The position numbers and the translations under genes were made by a program. Below the pieces are notes generated by a model. That model worked only from the letters and a program-made list of their open reading frames with translations, had not been told where the DNA came from and made no database searches. DNA of 5,448 bases from Hassallia sp. GTDB lineage: Bacteria > Cyanobacteriota > Cyanobacteriia > Cyanobacteriales > Nostocaceae. The stretch spans positions 1 to 5,448 of the forward strand of contig JBPCQW010000270.1 in the NCBI GenBank assembly GCA_050997715.1, given 5' to 3'. Numbering within the stretch: position 1 is the stretch's first letter; the number at the start of each line of letters is the position of its first letter. Shown here piece by piece: positions 1-3,234 of this stretch.

Positions 1-1163
1 CACACTCGATGGCAGCGTTTCCTGAGGCTGAGGTGGGGTTGTTGGGGGGTGGTTCGCGGGATAGAACTCCGATACTGGTTGCGACTTATGACAGTGCGGC
101 AATTCACGCAGAAAGTTTGGGAAATAAGTATGCTTTGGTGATTTTTGATGAGTGTCATCATTTGCCAACTGATTTTAATCGGGTGATTGCGGAATATGCG
201 ATCGCACCCTATCGACTCGGACTTTCTGCAACACCGGAACGCACTGATGGCAAACACGCTGATTTAAATATCCTCATTGGTAAAGAAGTATATCGCAAAC
301 GCGCTGAAGATTTAGCAGGAAAGGCGTTAGCAGAACACGAAATTGTACAAATTAAGGTGAAGTTATCGCAAGTTGAGCGAGAGAGATACAATCAATTAAT
401 TCAAACTCGCAATGATTTTTTGAAGCAATCAAAGATTTCTTTGGGTAGTTTGAAAGGTTGGCAAAATTTTGTGCAGATGAGTGCGCGATCGCCTGCTGGA
501 CGTCGAGCTATGTTAGCACACCGACAAGCGAAAGAAATCGCTTTGGGTACAGATGGAAAGTTGCGAATTCTCACGAATTTACTTGCGGAACATTATCCTG
601 AAAGAATTTTGATTTTTACGGCTGATAATGCGACAGTTTACAAGATTTCTCAAGAGTTGTTAATTCCGGCAATTACTCATCAAACTCCTGTGAAAGAACG
701 ACATGAAATATTAACTAAGTTTCGCGAGGGGGAGTATAAAAGTTTGGTTGCTTCTCATGTGTTGAATGAAGGTGTTGATGTACCAGCTGCAAGTATTGCG
801 ATTATTTTATCGGGTACTGGTTCTGCGAGGGAATATATTCAACGTTTGGGGAGGATTTTAAGGAAGGGTAATATCGCAAATAAACAGGCGATTTTATATG
901 AGGTGGTGGCGGAGGATACGAGTGAGGAGGGTACTTCGGCAAGGAGGAGGGGAGAGAAGATTAACGAACCGCCAAGACGCAAAGGTCACGAAGATAAGAA
1001 AAGGAAAGGGAATTTGCAGGTGGTTTATGGAAGTGGTAAACAAAGTGATTATAAGGCTGCGGAACAGATGGAAATTAAGTATTCGGTTGATAATAATAAG
1101 AATAAAACTTCTCATTCAAATAGTACTGATGCAATAGATTCATCTGAAGAAAATAACTCCTAA
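1..1163 (+). CDS. xpb: XPB/Rad25 (ERCC3/Ssl2)-type SF2 DNA helicase, 5'-partial (N-terminus lies upstream of the window)
   Basis: The frame is open from nt 3 (cac tcg atg), so the Met at nt 9 is internal. Motifs seen: DExH motif II 'VIFDECHH' (DECHH = nt 147-161), motif III 'GLSATPER' (219-242), motif IV-like 'ILIFT', motif V-like 'LVASHVLNEGVDVP', and 'GSAREYIQRLGRILR' with motif VI QRLGRILR at 840-863. The order and spacing match what I recall of the archaeal XPB HD1-thumb-HD2 core, including 'LIPAITHQT..ER..IL..F' and a C-terminal 'ARRR'. No Walker A is present, consistent with truncation. Stop TAA at 1161-1163. Confidence 0.85.
   Translation, partial: HSMAAFPEAEVGLLGGGSRDRTPILVATYDSAAIHAESLGNKYALVIFDECHHLPTDFNRVIAEYAIAPYRLGLSATPERTDGKHADLNILIGKEVYRKRAEDLAGKALAEHEIVQIKVKLSQVERERYNQLIQTRNDFLKQSKISLGSLKGWQNFVQMSARSPAGRRAMLAHRQAKEIALGTDGKLRILTNLLAEHYPERILIFTADNATVYKISQELLIPAITHQTPVKERHEILTKFREGEYKSLVASHVLNEGVDVPAASIAIILSGTGSAREYIQRLGRILRKGNIANKQAILYEVVAEDTSEEGTSARRRGEKINEPPRRKGHEDKKRKGNLQVVYGSGKQSDYKAAEQMEIKYSVDNNKNKTSHSNSTDAIDSSEENNS
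198..205. repeat. HIP1 octamer GCGATCGC
   Basis: Exact palindrome read in the sequence. HIP1 is the highly iterated palindrome characteristic of many cyanobacterial genomes. Confidence 0.9.
485..492. repeat. HIP1 octamer GCGATCGC
   Basis: Exact match read in the sequence. Confidence 0.9.
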
Positions 1164-1168
1164 TTTTA

Positions 1169-1222
1169 GTAGAGATGTTCCACCGGAACGTCTCTACAAG
1201 TTCCGCCGGAACGTCTCTACAA
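1169..1222 (+). repeat. Hairpin plus tandem 23-bp direct repeat in the helicase-nuclease spacer
   Basis: The two units 1177-1199 'gttccaccggaacgtctctacaa' and 1200-1222 'gttccgccggaacgtctctacaa' match at 22/23 positions. Left arm 1169-1181 'gtagagatgttcc' pairs with 1185-1197 'ggaacgtctctac', giving a 13-bp stem with one G-U and a 3-nt loop. The same left arm could instead pair with the second copy at 1208-1220. No U-tract follows either copy. Confidence 0.8.
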
Positions 1223-1252
1223 CTCCTAACTACCAACAACTAACCAATCTCA

Positions 1253-2467
1253 ATGTTACCAACAGATTTACTAATTCATCGTCAGAATGGTGAGGAGATA
1301 ATCCCGAAGAGACTTAAGCTTGATAAGATGACTTTGGAGTTAGCTGTTGAGTTAATTAATTGTTTTCGAGAAGAAATAGGAAAGACGCAAGGTGTGCTTG
1401 AGCGTCAGTTGTTGGAGTTGGAAGGTGATACTACTGATTATAAGGTGAAGCGGGGGCTGGCTTATATTTTGAAAAGCAGTTTTTGCACGTTTGAGGTGGT
1501 GAGTCCTTTGGAACCTCAAATGTTACGAGAAAGGGTGTTTGCTTTGTCGGCAAAGTCTGTTTCTAGTCCGCAATCAACGCAGGCTACACTTAGCAAGATT
1601 GCTGATGAATTAAGTCATGAATTTGAGCGGGAAGTTTTACCGCAACAAGTTCATGATGGGTTATATGCTGATTTATCTGAAAATAAGATTTTGATTGCTT
1701 TTGATGCACCTACACCTGAAGATTTGTTACATCGATATAATTTATCTCAAGTGCAGGGTGTGTTTTATCGAGCAAGTCAACTTACTTTAAATGCTCATCG
1801 GAATGTACCGGGTGAATATAAGCTTTTGTTTCGCTATTTAAAGCTGTTTCAATTGATGGCTTATATTGAGGGTGATGCTGACCACGGGTTTACAATTACG
1901 ATTGATGGTCCGACGAGTTTGTTTAATCCGAGTACGCGATATGGTTTAGCGATCGCTAAACTTATTCCCGCTTTACTTCATGTGACAAGATGGAGTCTTT
2001 CTTCTATTCTCCAAACTCGCGACTTTTACACGAATACCTGGAAAACTGGACGTTTCACTCTCAATTCTGAATGCGGTTTGGTGTCTCATTATCCACCTGG
2101 CAAGCCTTACGATAGTATGTTGGAAGCGTCGTTTGCTGATAAGTGGGATTCATTAAAAAGTGATTGGGTGTTGGAGCGAGAAGTTGATTTAGTTCCAATT
2201 CCTGGTAGTGTGATGATTCCCGACTTTCGTTTGGTGCATCCTGATGGACGCACGTTTTTATTAGAAATTGTCGGTTATTGGCGCCCAGAATATTTACAAA
2301 AGAAGTTTTCACAAGTGCGACGTGCGGAACGTGATGACTTGATTTTGGCAATTTCTGAAAGATTAAATTTGGAAAAAGCGGGTGTGAAATTAAATGATGT
2401 TCCCGCTAGAATTATTTGGTTTAAAGATAAGTTATTGCCGAAGGCAGTATTAGCAGCGTTGGAGTAA
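1253..2467 (+). CDS. bax1: DUF790/Bax1-like endonuclease (XPB-associated nuclease)
   Basis: A 404-aa ORF lying directly downstream of the XPB-type helicase on the same strand. The N-terminus 'MLPTDLLIHRQNGEEIIPKRL' matches the family-typical start as I recall it. The C-terminal nuclease-like block 'IPDFRLVHPDGRTFLLEIVGYWRPEYLQKK' has D324 at nt 2222-2224 and E338 at 2264-2266. This resembles the restriction-endonuclease-fold signature of Bax1/DUF790. XPB-Bax1 gene pairing is established for archaea. Confidence 0.8.
   Translation: MLPTDLLIHRQNGEEIIPKRLKLDKMTLELAVELINCFREEIGKTQGVLERQLLELEGDTTDYKVKRGLAYILKSSFCTFEVVSPLEPQMLRERVFALSAKSVSSPQSTQATLSKIADELSHEFEREVLPQQVHDGLYADLSENKILIAFDAPTPEDLLHRYNLSQVQGVFYRASQLTLNAHRNVPGEYKLLFRYLKLFQLMAYIEGDADHGFTITIDGPTSLFNPSTRYGLAIAKLIPALLHVTRWSLSSILQTRDFYTNTWKTGRFTLNSECGLVSHYPPGKPYDSMLEASFADKWDSLKSDWVLEREVDLVPIPGSVMIPDFRLVHPDGRTFLLEIVGYWRPEYLQKKFSQVRRAERDDLILAISERLNLEKAGVKLNDVPARIIWFKDKLLPKAVLAALE
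1949..1956. repeat. HIP1 octamer GCGATCGC
   Basis: Exact match read in the sequence. Confidence 0.9.
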
Positions 2468-2471
2468 TTTT

Positions 2472-2624
2472 ATGAAAACTATTGAAACAATTGCCACGGT
2501 TACAGCAGATGGGAAAATTACATTGCAGTTACCGGCTGATATTCCCCCAGGTGAACATCAAGTGGTGGTGGTGATTGATGAAAAGCCTTTAGTAGAGAAG
2601 GAAAAGCGTCCTCCGCAGTCCTAA
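2472..2624 (+). CDS. Small 50-aa protein (not in the ORF track), AbrB/SpoVT- or AF2212(DUF104)-like antitoxin-style beta-hairpin protein
   Basis: Read by hand: ATG 2472 to TAA 2622-2624, giving MKTIETIATVTADGKITLQLPADIPPGEHQVVVVIDEKPLVEKEKRPPQS. GGAG at 2461-2464 sits 7 nt upstream of the ATG and overlaps the last sense codon of the bax1-like gene. Only 4 nt separate that gene's stop from this ATG, which suggests translational coupling. An intrinsic terminator follows 13 nt after the stop. The pattern 'DGKITLQLP..IPPGE..VVVI' is typical of small antitoxin-like DNA-binding or adaptor proteins. Confidence 0.5.
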   Translation: MKTIETIATVTADGKITLQLPADIPPGEHQVVVVIDEKPLVEKEKRPPQS

Positions 2625-2636
2625 ATCATTCGTAGT

Positions 2637-2661
2637 GCGGACTTCAGTCCGCTCTTTTCTT
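2637..2661 (+). terminator. Rho-independent terminator closing the xpb-bax1-small ORF unit
   Basis: The stem is gcggac (2637-2642) paired with gtccgc (2647-2652), with tetraloop ttca (2643-2646). It is followed by 'tcttttctt' (2653-2661), which is T-rich. Confidence 0.6.
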
Positions 2662-2742
2662 GCTACGTTTTTATCCAGCATCGGAAAAGACAAGCTTACA
2701 ATTGAAGATAGATATAAGTGTAATCTCATACTTAATAGCTGC

Positions 2743-3174
2743 ATGGAACCTGTAACACTCACAGCAGTAGCAACAGCGATCGCCACCATAATTTTAACCA
2801 AAGCCCTAGAAAAAACAGGCGAAAAGCTGGGAGAAACTGCATTAAAGGAAAGTCATAACTTAATCGAACAGCTACGCCATAAGAATAAGTTACCATTTCT
2901 CGCCAATGCCACACAAGAAAACCAAGAGCCATTAGATTATGGCAAAGCAGTCCTAGAGTTAAAAGCAGTCGCAGACGCAGATAGCGAAATTGCCAAATCA
3001 GTGCGATCGGTAGAAGCAGCAGCAAACGCCGATCCACAAGTTGCGCCAAAAGTCAAAGCATTAACAAATGATCTCAACTCGCAACCAGCAGGCGTCATCA
3101 ATTCTACAAAGTTAGCTGAATCGATTAAAAACTTATTTCAAGGAAATATTACTATCATTGGTGGTAACTTTTGA
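2743..3174 (+). CDS. 143-aa alpha-helical protein with a hydrophobic N-terminal helix. It is a candidate N-terminal effector or adaptor module of the downstream STAND NTPase
   Basis: I prefer ATG 2743 over the track's GTG 2635, because that GTG lies inside the terminator hairpin. The sequence starts MEPVTLTAVATAIATIILTKALEKTGEKLGE, with hydrophobic helix V4-L22 at nt 2752-2808. There is an internal duplicated 11-mer: ADADSEIAKSV and ANADPQVAPKV. The C-terminus is FQGNITIIGGNF (3136-3171). The ORF shares a frame with the NB-ARC ORF, separated by one TGA. From memory, this type of N-terminal sequence is usually found fused to cyanobacterial NB-ARC/TPR proteins. No Shine-Dalgarno is visible. Confidence 0.6.
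   Translation: MEPVTLTAVATAIATIILTKALEKTGEKLGETALKESHNLIEQLRHKNKLPFLANATQENQEPLDYGKAVLELKAVADADSEIAKSVRSVEAAANADPQVAPKVKALTNDLNSQPAGVINSTKLAESIKNLFQGNITIIGGNF
2776..2783. repeat. HIP1 octamer GCGATCGC
   Basis: Exact match read in the sequence. A 7/8 copy, GCGATCGG, is at 3003-3010. Confidence 0.9.
3172..3174 (+). other. Single in-frame TGA separating two same-frame ORFs (2743-3171 and the frame running on to 5448)
   Basis: Read directly: ...aac ttt TGA cca cag tcg tcg gaa cgg gaa ccg aca aag tta aat ccc ctc acc aaa ata cca gat aat ttg ccc tgg... The translation is ..GGNF*PQSSEREPTKLNPLTKIPDNLPWSGATKFVGREKEL. There are no other stops in this frame between 2743 and 5445. Confidence 0.95.
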
Positions 3175-3234
3175 CCACAGTCGTCGGAACGGGAACCGAC
3201 AAAGTTAAATCCCCTCACCAAAATACCAGATAAT

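Noticed and set aside
1169-1197. The 13-bp hairpin right after the helicase stop might be an intrinsic terminator.
   Set aside because: It is followed by 'aagttccgcc' rather than a U-tract, and the same is true after the second repeat copy. It is more likely a dispersed-repeat hairpin or an RNA stability element.
2697-2702. A possible -10 box, TACAAT, could drive unit 2. TAATCT at 2721-2726 is an alternative.
   Set aside because: There is no acceptable -35 at 16-18 bp spacing (the nearest are 'ttatcc' at 20 bp and 'atccag'). A promoter must exist somewhere in 2662-2742 if the terminator works. I cannot place it from sequence alone, so it is not listed as a feature.
2635-2742. The track's GTG start at 2635 would extend the N-domain ORF by 36 residues.
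   Set aside because: The GTG is the first triplet of the terminator stem (2637-2652), and the added peptide (MRTSVRSFLATFLSS...) has no recognisable character. ATG 2743 gives the 'MEPVTL...' N-terminus that I recall as typical for this domain type.
3183-3200. A small hairpin (gtcgg / aacgggaa loop / ccgac) lies 9 nt downstream of the in-frame TGA and might be a SECIS element for selenocysteine.
   Set aside because: The stem is only 5 bp with an 8-nt loop, far weaker than bacterial SECIS stem-loops. Nothing about the protein context (a linker between domains) suggests a catalytic selenocysteine.
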